A stretch of DNA of 59,336 nt, taken from a virus (lineage: Duplodnaviria; Caudoviricetes). Shown piece after piece: positions 44,769 through 52,916 of the stretch. The notes below the pieces were generated by a model that saw nothing but the letters and a program-made list of their open reading frames with translations, searched no databases and had not been told where the DNA came from. The stretch is taken from IMG/VR virus record IMGVR_UViG_3300023106_000003, positions 1 through 59,336 of that record; one strand, 5' to 3'. The position numbers were made by a program, and so were the translations under genes. The stretch's first letter is position 1. Every line of letters begins with the position of its first letter.

Positions 44769-44934
44769 ACGTCTAGAGGTGGCACTCTCTGGCAGCCGAA
44801 TCGCTGCGCCTTCTTGCTGGCCCGGTCAAACCGGGTATTGGATGGGCTTGCTGACTGGCGGCGGGGACTGCACTACGCGGACTTTGAATTCGTCCAGCGG
44901 AGGCAATACATTGGGGCCGACAATTGGCAAATCG

Positions 44935-45099
44935 CTACGCATGGCGCTTACCGATGGATGCGGCGATTGCCATTGCCAGCTCGGAAGCCTTGGCCGGCAG
45001 CAGCTTCCCGCGCGCGTTCATTGCGGCTACGCCCTCGCGAACAGGTACTCCCCGGTTCTTTGCGATCGTTGCCTGTTTGGCCTTGGACAGTGGTTTCAT
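44935..45099 (-). CDS. 54-aa basic protein (not in ORF track)
   Basis: MKPLSKAKQATIAKNRG...GKRHA, starting 3 nt after the upstream stop. Confidence 0.45.
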   Translation of the reverse strand: MKPLSKAKQATIAKNRGVPVREGVAAMNARGKLLPAKASELAMAIAASIGKRHA

Positions 45100-45102
45100 A
45101 GC

Positions 45103-45270
45103 TCAGTACCCCAGCCAGTCGCGCGCGGCTTGCAGCGTCGCCGGGAAGGTCTCGGCCACAGTGAAGACGGCGCCGTCCTTCGTGTAGTCGCACTCGGCGG
45201 TGATTTCCGTCTCGGTATGCGAAATCACCTTGTTGCCGTGCGCCTCGATGAATCGTATCAGGTTGTCCAT
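45103..45270 (-). CDS. 55-aa protein (not in ORF track)
   Basis: MDNLIRFIEAHG...AARDWLGY; perfect RBS taaggagg and its own promoter. Confidence 0.7.
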   Translation of the reverse strand: MDNLIRFIEAHGNKVISHTETEITAECDYTKDGAVFTVAETFPATLQAARDWLGY

Positions 45271-45307
45271 ATAGCCTCCTTATCACAGCGCCCATGCGCC
45301 TGAACTC

Positions 45308-45336
45308 ACTATAGGGCAAGAAACCAGCGGGTTCAA
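45308..45336 (-). promoter_or_regulatory. Sigma70-type promoter for the small leftward operon
   Basis: Minus strand TTGAAC-17 nt-TATAGT. Confidence 0.6.
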
Positions 45337-45465
45337 CCTAGCTCTACAGTAAAGCAACACTTTCACAGGATTATCTGCGTTATAGGCAAAAGAAGATGAC
45401 TCACGGATAATTTTCTGATAGGAACTAGCGGTATAATCCTAGGCAACCTAATAGGAGATTGCACG

Positions 45466-46926
45466 ATGAGCGACCTGATGAGCTTTAAGAAGAACATGGA
45501 GCAGTTGGGGATGCCGTTCCCGTCCGATCCTTCGCTGATCGGCATTCAGCCGGGCAAAGCGACATCGCGCATGTTGGCCGAGGGAGATGCTATCACCATT
45601 AAGGGGGCCGCTGCGCTGAGTACCGGGACCGTAAATAGTCCAGCTGGCTTGCAAAGCTATAGCTTGGCGCAGAACGATACGCTGATTATCGGCCCATTCG
45701 CTGGACGTCGAAAGATTGCAATCACACCTGCAACAGGTGTGATTAATGCTGCGGTTGGGAGGGCGGTACTGGGTTCGGCCTTGGTCGGAACTATTGGTGG
45801 TCTGTCGGCGGCGGATGGATCGCCGATTCAGTCTCTTAGCCCAGCCTCTGTAAAAATGTACACCGCACTGGTGAAAGTTTTATCCAAAACCGGGCGTGAG
45901 GATATAGCCCTTACGGACGATTCTACCGGGGTTGGCACGGTTGAAGGCGGCGGTGCAAAGTTCTTGATAGGCGCGCGTGCGGCTAATCCTGTGGCGCAAC
46001 TAGTAGCACAACTGAACGCTGCTGGCATCCCAGCAGCTAATGATAGCTTCTTTGGTGAAATGCTGATTCAGGCATTCAATAGCACTAACTACACTGATTA
46101 CGAGTCTCGGTTTACGCTGTCGGGTGGCGCATCGTACATCGCCAGTGGGGGCTTCCAATCGCTGGGGGGCATCCCCTGGCAACTCAACAGTGCTGGCAAG
46201 GCGCTGAACTTCACGCCATCCAACCCGGTGGACACGGTGGATATTTACGTGCTGAACCGCAACGTCGGTACGATCGACGTCACCTTCGCCGGCGGCGCAA
46301 GTGCGGGCACGATCACCACCAACGGTACGCAGACCGTATCCAAAGTCACCCGCACCTTCACGCGGGGCAGCGGCGTCGCTTCTATCTCGTGGGTGTCGGG
46401 TAACGTGATTGTGCTGGGTGCGGTCTTCACCGACTCCACAACCCCTCGTGTCAATATTCTGAATCTGAGCAGCTACGGCGATCGGTGGAATTCTCCGAAT
46501 GGAAACGTCTATAACACCACGGTGCCTGAGTCGCGTGGTGGCGCTGTTCTGCCTTTGATGGGTCTGACGGCGGTTATCGCGTCGATGACGATTAATTCGC
46601 AGACCATCGACGGCATCAACGGTATTCCTGTTTTCGAAACCGCCCTGCGTGCTTATTGTGATTACGTCATCGCCGCTAACGCCCAGCTATTGCTGCTTGC
46701 ACCTCACCGAATTTCCACCGCCAGCGCGCCAGAGGCGACTCAAGCGGCTTACGTTGCGACTCAGTATCGCGTCGCTCAAGATTACAAAGCCCCAGTAATT
46801 GATTTTTCCAAACGGGTAAATTCGTACACTGCGTTCTCTACGCTGTTTGTCGATGATAAACACTTGGCTTCGGCAGGTTCAGCCGCGAAGGCGCGCGCCA
46901 TTCTCCCATACATTGCGCAAACTTAG
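45466..46926 (+). CDS. SGNH/GDSL-hydrolase-domain protein (putative virion-associated esterase)
   Basis: Block I-like TDDSTGVG, block II NLSSYG, block III-like TINS, and DDKHL (DxxH). TATAAT at 45432; RBS aggag. Confidence 0.65.
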   Translation: MSDLMSFKKNMEQLGMPFPSDPSLIGIQPGKATSRMLAEGDAITIKGAAALSTGTVNSPAGLQSYSLAQNDTLIIGPFAGRRKIAITPATGVINAAVGRAVLGSALVGTIGGLSAADGSPIQSLSPASVKMYTALVKVLSKTGREDIALTDDSTGVGTVEGGGAKFLIGARAANPVAQLVAQLNAAGIPAANDSFFGEMLIQAFNSTNYTDYESRFTLSGGASYIASGGFQSLGGIPWQLNSAGKALNFTPSNPVDTVDIYVLNRNVGTIDVTFAGGASAGTITTNGTQTVSKVTRTFTRGSGVASISWVSGNVIVLGAVFTDSTTPRVNILNLSSYGDRWNSPNGNVYNTTVPESRGGAVLPLMGLTAVIASMTINSQTIDGINGIPVFETALRAYCDYVIAANAQLLLLAPHRISTASAPEATQAAYVATQYRVAQDYKAPVIDFSKRVNSYTAFSTLFVDDKHLASAGSAAKARAILPYIAQT

Positions 46927-46990
46927 CATGGTCATTGCTCCCTAAGCGGTGTCAGCCAAATCCCAATAAACCCAACCATGGAGTACAACC

Positions 46991-47254
46991 ATGACATTTA
47001 ACAACACACGATACGGCAACCTGCCGGTAGGCGGAGTCAAAGTCCTATCGGGCAATGAGCTGCAGTTGCCAGCCACGCTGACCCTGACGAGCGCCGCCGG
47101 TGGCCGCGCCATCGAACTGAGCAACGATGGCGTCAACTTCTTCACGCCAACCTATGACGCAACGGTAGGGAGCATGATCAGCGTGAGCGTCAAGTCCCCG
47201 ATCAAGGTGTACCGCATCACCGGCCTCGTCGGTGAGCAGTACAGCGCACTATGA
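46991..47254 (+). CDS. Small beta-rich protein
   Basis: RBS ggag; RAIELSNDGVNFF. Confidence 0.6.
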   Translation: MTFNNTRYGNLPVGGVKVLSGNELQLPATLTLTSAAGGRAIELSNDGVNFFTPTYDATVGSMISVSVKSPIKVYRITGLVGEQYSAL

Positions 47255-47604
47255 CGTGGCCTAACGAGGGGTCGACGTATAACCCGAACGACTCGGCGAA
47301 TCGCGCGGACCAGTCGGCCGCGCCTACTAACGGGCAAAACGTGGCGATGACGGACAACGACAAGGACGGCATCCTGTACTTGAACGCGGCTGGCACGCTC
47401 GCGACGCTGACCGTTACGCTGCCATCGAACGCCAACAGCAAGATCGGCCAAGAGCGGTTGATTGCCAGCAGCAAGGCGATTACCCTGTTGACGGTCACAA
47501 ACCCCAACGGCGGTACTGTTATCGCGCCGGTCGCACTCAACCTTGGCGCGAACATCGCTATGCGGAAAGTCGCCGACAACACTTGGATGCAGGTGACGAC
47601 ATGA
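47251..47604 (+). CDS. Small beta-rich putative structural protein
   Basis: AGTLATLTVTLPSN..GQ motif; coupled ORF. Confidence 0.6.
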   Translation: MTWPNEGSTYNPNDSANRADQSAAPTNGQNVAMTDNDKDGILYLNAAGTLATLTVTLPSNANSKIGQERLIASSKAITLLTVTNPNGGTVIAPVALNLGANIAMRKVADNTWMQVTT

Positions 47605-48509
47605 AAAAATTGATCGGCTCGTTGTTTATCTTGTTGGCCTCTCTGTCGGCATTCGCGCAGGAAGCGTTCGACACCGGTATCCTGTACCGTCGCACTGATA
47701 ACTTGGCGACGAACACGCGCTGGCTGACGCCGGCCAGTCCGGATGCGGTCAAGCTCATCATCTCCAATGGCTACATCAGCCCGAACCCGTTGCCTGACAT
47801 GGCGAGCCTCGGCACAGGGCTGTCGTATAGCGCTGGCGTGATTGCGCTGGCAAACCCGCCGGTCAATGCGGATTGGAACGCCACTTCAGGCCTTGCGCAA
47901 GTGCTCAACAAGCCGAGCATCCCAGCATCACAGGTAAATGCCGACTGGGCCGCTGGGAGTGGCGTATCGCAGATTCTGAATAAGCCCACGATCCCGGCCG
48001 CGCAACAGCAAAGCGACTGGCTGGCGGCATCTGGCGTGACGTCGATTGCAAACAAGCCGAACATTCCGCCAGCGACCACGCTGACCACGACTGGTAGCGG
48101 CGCGGCGACGTACAACAGTGGCACCGGCGCGCTAAATATCCCCACGCCAGCCGGTTCCGCGTTCGGCTTCAGCCAGCCGACCGCGCGCACTCTGGCTGTC
48201 AGCACCAGCTACCAGGCGCTCGACAATACCAAGGCCGCCGTCATCGTTCCCAGCTACGCCTGCCAGAACGCCACGCAAGTGCTGGCATCGAGCGCATGCA
48301 CGATTCAGGTGCGCATGGGTACTGGCACGCTGACCTGCTCGACCGGCACCGTGTACTACACGCAATCGCTGACCGTGGCTTTGGGAGTGCTGCTGACACA
48401 GAACAGCACCAACCCTGTGCCGATCAGCTTGCCGGCCGGCGCCAGCTTTATCCTGTGCGCCACGGCCGGAACCTTCACCATCACCACTGTGGAGCAGAGC
48501 GCCGGGTAG
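47601..48509 (+). CDS. Signal-peptide protein with three fibre-like DW..SG...I.NKP.IP repeats
   Basis: MKKLIGSLFILLASLSAFAQ; ADWNATSGLAQVLNKPSIP / ADWAAGSGVSQILNKPTIP / SDWLAASGVTSIANKPNIP. Confidence 0.7.
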   Translation: MKKLIGSLFILLASLSAFAQEAFDTGILYRRTDNLATNTRWLTPASPDAVKLIISNGYISPNPLPDMASLGTGLSYSAGVIALANPPVNADWNATSGLAQVLNKPSIPASQVNADWAAGSGVSQILNKPTIPAAQQQSDWLAASGVTSIANKPNIPPATTLTTTGSGAATYNSGTGALNIPTPAGSAFGFSQPTARTLAVSTSYQALDNTKAAVIVPSYACQNATQVLASSACTIQVRMGTGTLTCSTGTVYYTQSLTVALGVLLTQNSTNPVPISLPAGASFILCATAGTFTITTVEQSAG

Positions 48510-48529
48510 ATGCAAAATACTCCCCGTAG

Positions 48530-48560
48530 AGCCGCCATTCTCAATGACTGGCGGCTTTTT
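48530..48560 (+). terminator. Intrinsic terminator followed by an extended -10 (TGGTACAAT, 48564-48572)
   Basis: agccgcca-11 nt-tggcggct-tttt. Confidence 0.6.
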
Positions 48561-48613
48561 ACTTGGTACAATGATTTAGCTCAGGAAATACCAAATCACA
48601 CAAGGGAATAATT

Positions 48614-49015
48614 ATGGACGGCATGGAACCGAACGACGGCGCGATGGATCAAGGACCGCAAGGCGGCTACTGCATCGAAATCTACGTCGGCGCGGACGGT
48701 AAGCCCATGTCCGTCAACGTCGAAGCGATGGACGAGGAAATGGGCGAAGAACAGCACGGCGGCCCCGCTGGCATGCCCGACATGACGAAGACTGAAGACA
48801 AGGGCGTCCCGGTCAAGTCGATGGAGGAGGCGCTGGCGATGGTCCAGCAGATCGTCCAGAACCAAGGCGGCAAGCCTGGCGGTGGCAAACCTCCGCCACC
48901 GCCACACGACCCCGAGCAGGAGCACGCCGAGTTGATGGAGGGCTACGGCAAAGGCTCCTACGCAGCCCAGCAGCAGGGCATGCCGATCGATCGCGTGTTC
49001 AAGGGGCGCATGTAA
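48614..49015 (+). CDS. Acidic Gly/Pro/Met-rich protein
   Basis: RBS aaggga; phage-like codon usage. Confidence 0.65.
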   Translation: MDGMEPNDGAMDQGPQGGYCIEIYVGADGKPMSVNVEAMDEEMGEEQHGGPAGMPDMTKTEDKGVPVKSMEEALAMVQQIVQNQGGKPGGGKPPPPPHDPEQEHAELMEGYGKGSYAAQQQGMPIDRVFKGRM

Positions 49016-49245
49016 TGGATCAGGTAGCCCTGCAAGCGCACTTGCGCCGGCTTGAGCAGACGATGGCCGGCGCCCCGCAGCACGTCCTCGACCAACTACG
49101 CCACGCCCAGCAGATCGACGCCCACAACAAGGCGGTGGACGAAGCCAAGGCCAAGCGCAAGCACTTCAAGGCCATGGCTAAGCAGGCGCGCATCCCGGTC
49201 GACGTGCTCAAGCGCATGGTTAGTTCAGTGAAAAGGGTGAAGTGA
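49015..49245 (+). CDS. Hypothetical protein
   Basis: TAATG coupling. Confidence 0.6.
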   Translation: MDQVALQAHLRRLEQTMAGAPQHVLDQLRHAQQIDAHNKAVDEAKAKRKHFKAMAKQARIPVDVLKRMVSSVKRVK

Positions 49246-49688
49246 TGGGGATCAAGATCAATTATATCGGCGCTGGAGAAATACCGGAATGGTATGGGCG
49301 CAAAGAATTCAAGACCATTTACCACTATGCAAACAGGATCGCAGAAGAGTTTGAGGTAGGCGTTTTGCTGGATGATAGCGGCAATGTAGTGGAGAAGGTA
49401 TTTAACGCTGACGATATCCTCGCATCGCTTGCCGGCAAAGTTTCCATCAAAGATTACGGTCCGCTTGGGAAAATTGCGCGACTCGGCTGCTTCATCAAAT
49501 ACGAGGCCACAAGCATCGGGGCTAAGGTAGATGGTATAGACCATGATCTTTCTCGGCAATGCATGCATTCAGCTTTAAGAATTTTTGATGTGGATAACGA
49601 TTGTGGCGTCATGGTAGACGGGAAGGAAGTCCCGGCTCTTGCTGTGAAGTTGGATCTGCAAGAAGTCGCCGCTAGCCAGGTGATCTAG
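49242..49688 (+). CDS. Hypothetical protein
   Basis: Coupled, lower-GC ORF. Confidence 0.55.
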   Translation: MMGIKINYIGAGEIPEWYGRKEFKTIYHYANRIAEEFEVGVLLDDSGNVVEKVFNADDILASLAGKVSIKDYGPLGKIARLGCFIKYEATSIGAKVDGIDHDLSRQCMHSALRIFDVDNDCGVMVDGKEVPALAVKLDLQEVAASQVI

Positions 49689-49697
49689 GAGAGAGCC

Positions 49698-50066
49698 ATG
49701 AAGCCATTCCACGCGACCAGGACAGCCGGCTATTTTGGCGATCCGCTCCCGATTTGGATTGCCAAGCACCGCTATTCGCCCGAGTCTGCAGAAGGGCGCA
49801 CCCCAAGCCAGGCATGCGAGAATCTTCGGCAACAGCTTCGTGCCAAGCGCCCGCGTAGTGAGAGAGTCGAGCTTATGGCTGGGTATACCAGTCGGAAGCA
49901 GCAAGAAGAAAGTCAGCGCCTAGCGCTTGAGGATGCGAAACGCCAGCATAGAGAAAGTATGGCGCGATTGGATCGGATCATCCTTGAGGGGAAAGCCAGA
50001 AACCGCGAAGTCTTGACTCAGCTGGGCTACATCGGGCGGGAATTACACCCTGGCGCCGGTTTCTAG
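49698..50066 (+). CDS. Hypothetical protein
   Basis: RBS aggagag. Confidence 0.5.
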   Translation: MKPFHATRTAGYFGDPLPIWIAKHRYSPESAEGRTPSQACENLRQQLRAKRPRSERVELMAGYTSRKQQEESQRLALEDAKRQHRESMARLDRIILEGKARNREVLTQLGYIGRELHPGAGF

Positions 50067-50068
50067 CC

Positions 50069-50338
50069 ATGTACGCCTACCTCCACCCAGCCTGTGGCCG
50101 CCCTGCCTGGCTGACGATCGACAAGCCACAGGTAGGCATCAGCTTCCTCAGCGCCAAGCCTATGCGTCTGGACTACACCACCAAGGACATGACACAGGGC
50201 TGCACATGCGAATCCTGCGGGGAGAACATGTTCGGGCAGGCTGGGAGCATCGGGAACGTGGTGAACTACATCCAGTGGGCTATCCAGAATCCGAAAGTTC
50301 GGGAGATGGACGCAAAGAGCAAAACAAAGTTACTGTAG
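50069..50338 (+). CDS. Zinc-ribbon-like protein
   Basis: HPACG...CESCG. Confidence 0.55.
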   Translation: MYAYLHPACGRPAWLTIDKPQVGISFLSAKPMRLDYTTKDMTQGCTCESCGENMFGQAGSIGNVVNYIQWAIQNPKVREMDAKSKTKLL

Positions 50339-50436
50339 AATCCATAATCGTCGTTAGATATTTGCAAAGTGATCGCGCCACGATTAACAATGTTCAAAAT
50401 GGCCGCATTAAAACCCCGCCAAAGAGGTAAAGCATC

Positions 50437-50667
50437 ATGGAAGTAAAGCAAACGTATGTCACGCTCGACCAATACGCCAACCAGGCGGAGAGGGATGGAT
50501 TCCTCTTCATGGCTGCCGGCTTGCGCGACACTGAAGAACAGTTCGGCGCCATAGTCAAAGCAGAGAAGTGGCACGAGAACGGTGAGCAGTTCGGACGTGT
50601 CACGCTGCTGGAGCGGATCACCGCTGTTGCCGACGTCAAGATCCCGAGTGGGGTGTGCTGTGGCTAA
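50437..50667 (+). CDS. Hypothetical protein
   Basis: RBS gagg; overlaps the terS start. Confidence 0.5.
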   Translation: MEVKQTYVTLDQYANQAERDGFLFMAAGLRDTEEQFGAIVKAEKWHENGEQFGRVTLLERITAVADVKIPSGVCCG

Positions 50668-51268
50668 ACCAGTGACCAAGCCGCGCGCCAAGGCCGGCAC
50701 ATCAGCTCAAGCCGCAGCCGAGCGCAAGGCAAACTTCATCGAGGCGTACATAGCCAACGGCGGCAACGCTACTCAAGCCGCTATCAGTGCTGGGTACAGC
50801 GCGAAGACTGCGCGTTCCCAAGCTGCAAGACTGTTGGCAGATGACAACATTTCAACGGAATTGAGGAAGCGACAGAAGGTATTGGGCGCCAAGTACAAGC
50901 TGGACACCGAGAGCGTGCTCCAGCAGCTTGCCAGTCTGGTCTACGCTGACCCGCGCAAGGCGTTCGGCGCTGACGGCTGTCTGCTGCCTGTGAGCGAATG
51001 GCCTGACGAGGTGGCCGCGATGGTTGCCTCTGTCGAGGTTGATGCGCTCTACGAGGGAAGTGGGCGGGATCGCGTTCAGGTCGGCGTCACTCAGAAGGTT
51101 AAGTTTTGGGACAAGAACAGCGCCATCGAGAAGGCCATGAAGCACCTCGGCCAGTTTGAGAAGGACAACAAGCAGAAGAACCCGTTCCAAGAGATGTCGA
51201 AGGAGCAGCTTCATCGCTTCATCGCGCGCAAGCAGGAAGAAGTCGCGCTGGCTAACACGGTGCACTGA
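50660..51268 (+). CDS. terS: Terminase small subunit
   Basis: FIEAYIANGGNATQAAISAGYSAKTARSQAARLL...KVKFWDKNSAIEKAMKHLG; GTG start assumed. Confidence 0.9.
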   Translation: MAKPVTKPRAKAGTSAQAAAERKANFIEAYIANGGNATQAAISAGYSAKTARSQAARLLADDNISTELRKRQKVLGAKYKLDTESVLQQLASLVYADPRKAFGADGCLLPVSEWPDEVAAMVASVEVDALYEGSGRDRVQVGVTQKVKFWDKNSAIEKAMKHLGQFEKDNKQKNPFQEMSKEQLHRFIARKQEEVALANTVH

Positions 51269-52758
51269 TGGACATCGAAGCACTAGACGCCGACGTCGCC
51301 CTGGCTATGGCCCTGGACGCTCTGGCGAAGATCAACGCCGAAAGCAAGCTATTCACCTACTATCCGGAGACTGGCCCGCTACGCCGCGAACTGTACGCGA
51401 AGCACATGGCGTTCTTCCGGCTGGGCGCTACTAGCCCGATCCGCTGCTTCATGGCTGCGAACAGGGTCGGTAAAACCGAGGGCGGCGGCGGCTACGAGAT
51501 GGTGCTGCACCTGACTGGTCGCTATCCGGCGTGGTGGGAGGGTTCATGGTTCGATTCCCCTGTTCGCTCATGGGCGGCCGGCGATACCGGCAAGAGCGTG
51601 CGCGACATTCTGCAGGACAAGCTGCTTGGCCCGTATGGGAAGTTCGGTACCGGCCTGATCCCCGCCGAGGACATCATAAGCTGGACGCCGAAGTCTGGCG
51701 TTCCTCAGGCTGTCGATACGCTGATCGTCAAGCACTATGACCGTGATGGGCTGTATGACGGCGATAGCGTGCTGTCGTTCAAGTCGTATGACCAGGGCCG
51801 CGAGGCGTTCCAGGGGACCGAGCAGGACGTCATCTGGCTGGACGAAGAGTCGAACGAGTCTATCCGCAGCGAGTGCATCCTGCGCCTGATGACGACGGAC
51901 GGGCTGCTGATCGAGACATTCACGCCGTTGCGCGGACTCACGCCGCTGGTCATGCAGTACATGCCTAAGAGCGGCGACAACGACTCGGCAGACATCGGCG
52001 AGTTGGACGGCGGCATCTACGTGTCAGACGGCAAGGCGATGGTCATGGCAGGGTGGGACGACGTGCCGCACCTGAGCGAGAAGCAGAAGAAGCTGATGCT
52101 GGCGAACACGCCGCCCTACCTGCGCGACGCACGGTCGAAGGGTATCCCGAGCCTTGGCGCCGGCGCAATCTACCCAATCGAGGAATCCGAGGTCACTGTT
52201 GCCGACTTCCCGATCCCCGAGCACTGGACACGGCTGTATGGGCTGGACGTCGGCTGGAACCGGACGGCGGCTGTATGGGGCGCTTGGGATCGCGACTCCG
52301 ATGTCATCTACCTGTACGCAGAGCACTATCGCGGCCAGGCTGAGCCATCCATCCATGCCGATGCGATCAAGGCGCGCGGCAAGATCCCCGGCGAGATTGA
52401 TCCTGCATCGCGTGGGCGCAGTCAGATCGACGGCGAACAACTCATGAAGAACTACAAGGATTTGGGGCTGACGCTGGCGCCGGCCAACAATGGCGTCGAA
52501 TCCGGTTTGCTGGAGGTTTGGCAGCGGCTGTCAACTGGTCGCCTCAAAGTGTTCAAGTCGCTGTCGAATTGGCGCGCGGAGTACCGCATCTACCGCCGAG
52601 ACGAGAAGGGCCGCATCGTCAAAGAGAATGACCACATCATGGATGCGACGCGCTACCTCATCAACGCAGATAACACGCATTGGAAGATCAAGGGAGGCGA
52701 TGTACGTCGCCCGCAATCAGTACCACGCAGAATAATGGATAGTGGTATGGGCTACTAA
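51268..52758 (+). CDS. terL: Terminase large subunit (P22 gp2-like; probably headful packaging)
   Basis: MAANRVGKT (Walker A), FKSYDQGREAFQG, IWLDEE (Walker B), TFTPLRG, GLDVGW, DHIMDATRY. Confidence 0.95.
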   Translation: MDIEALDADVALAMALDALAKINAESKLFTYYPETGPLRRELYAKHMAFFRLGATSPIRCFMAANRVGKTEGGGGYEMVLHLTGRYPAWWEGSWFDSPVRSWAAGDTGKSVRDILQDKLLGPYGKFGTGLIPAEDIISWTPKSGVPQAVDTLIVKHYDRDGLYDGDSVLSFKSYDQGREAFQGTEQDVIWLDEESNESIRSECILRLMTTDGLLIETFTPLRGLTPLVMQYMPKSGDNDSADIGELDGGIYVSDGKAMVMAGWDDVPHLSEKQKKLMLANTPPYLRDARSKGIPSLGAGAIYPIEESEVTVADFPIPEHWTRLYGLDVGWNRTAAVWGAWDRDSDVIYLYAEHYRGQAEPSIHADAIKARGKIPGEIDPASRGRSQIDGEQLMKNYKDLGLTLAPANNGVESGLLEVWQRLSTGRLKVFKSLSNWRAEYRIYRRDEKGRIVKENDHIMDATRYLINADNTHWKIKGGDVRRPQSVPRRIMDSGMGY

Positions 52759-52916
52759 CCAGAAAAATAAGTTGACACAGCGAATGCTTTGCACTCAGTA
52801 AATACTTTACCGAGTATAATCCGACGTGTTGAGAAGTAATTCATTTTGCAGCGTCCAATAGGATTCCCTCAAGGGAAGCGGGTCTACTCCCGCCGCTGCG
52901 CCTAAATGAGGGTGGC

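Noticed and set aside
45304-45316. ACTCACTATAGGG, matching the T7 promoter core
   Set aside because: The upstream TAATACG is absent, I noticed only one copy, and there is no phage RNA polymerase gene. It coincides with a minus-strand sigma70 -10 element.
44948-45319. 123-aa minus-strand ORF from the track
   Set aside because: Two shorter ORFs in other frames (45103-45270, with a perfect RBS, and 44935-45099) fit the promoter and RBS better.
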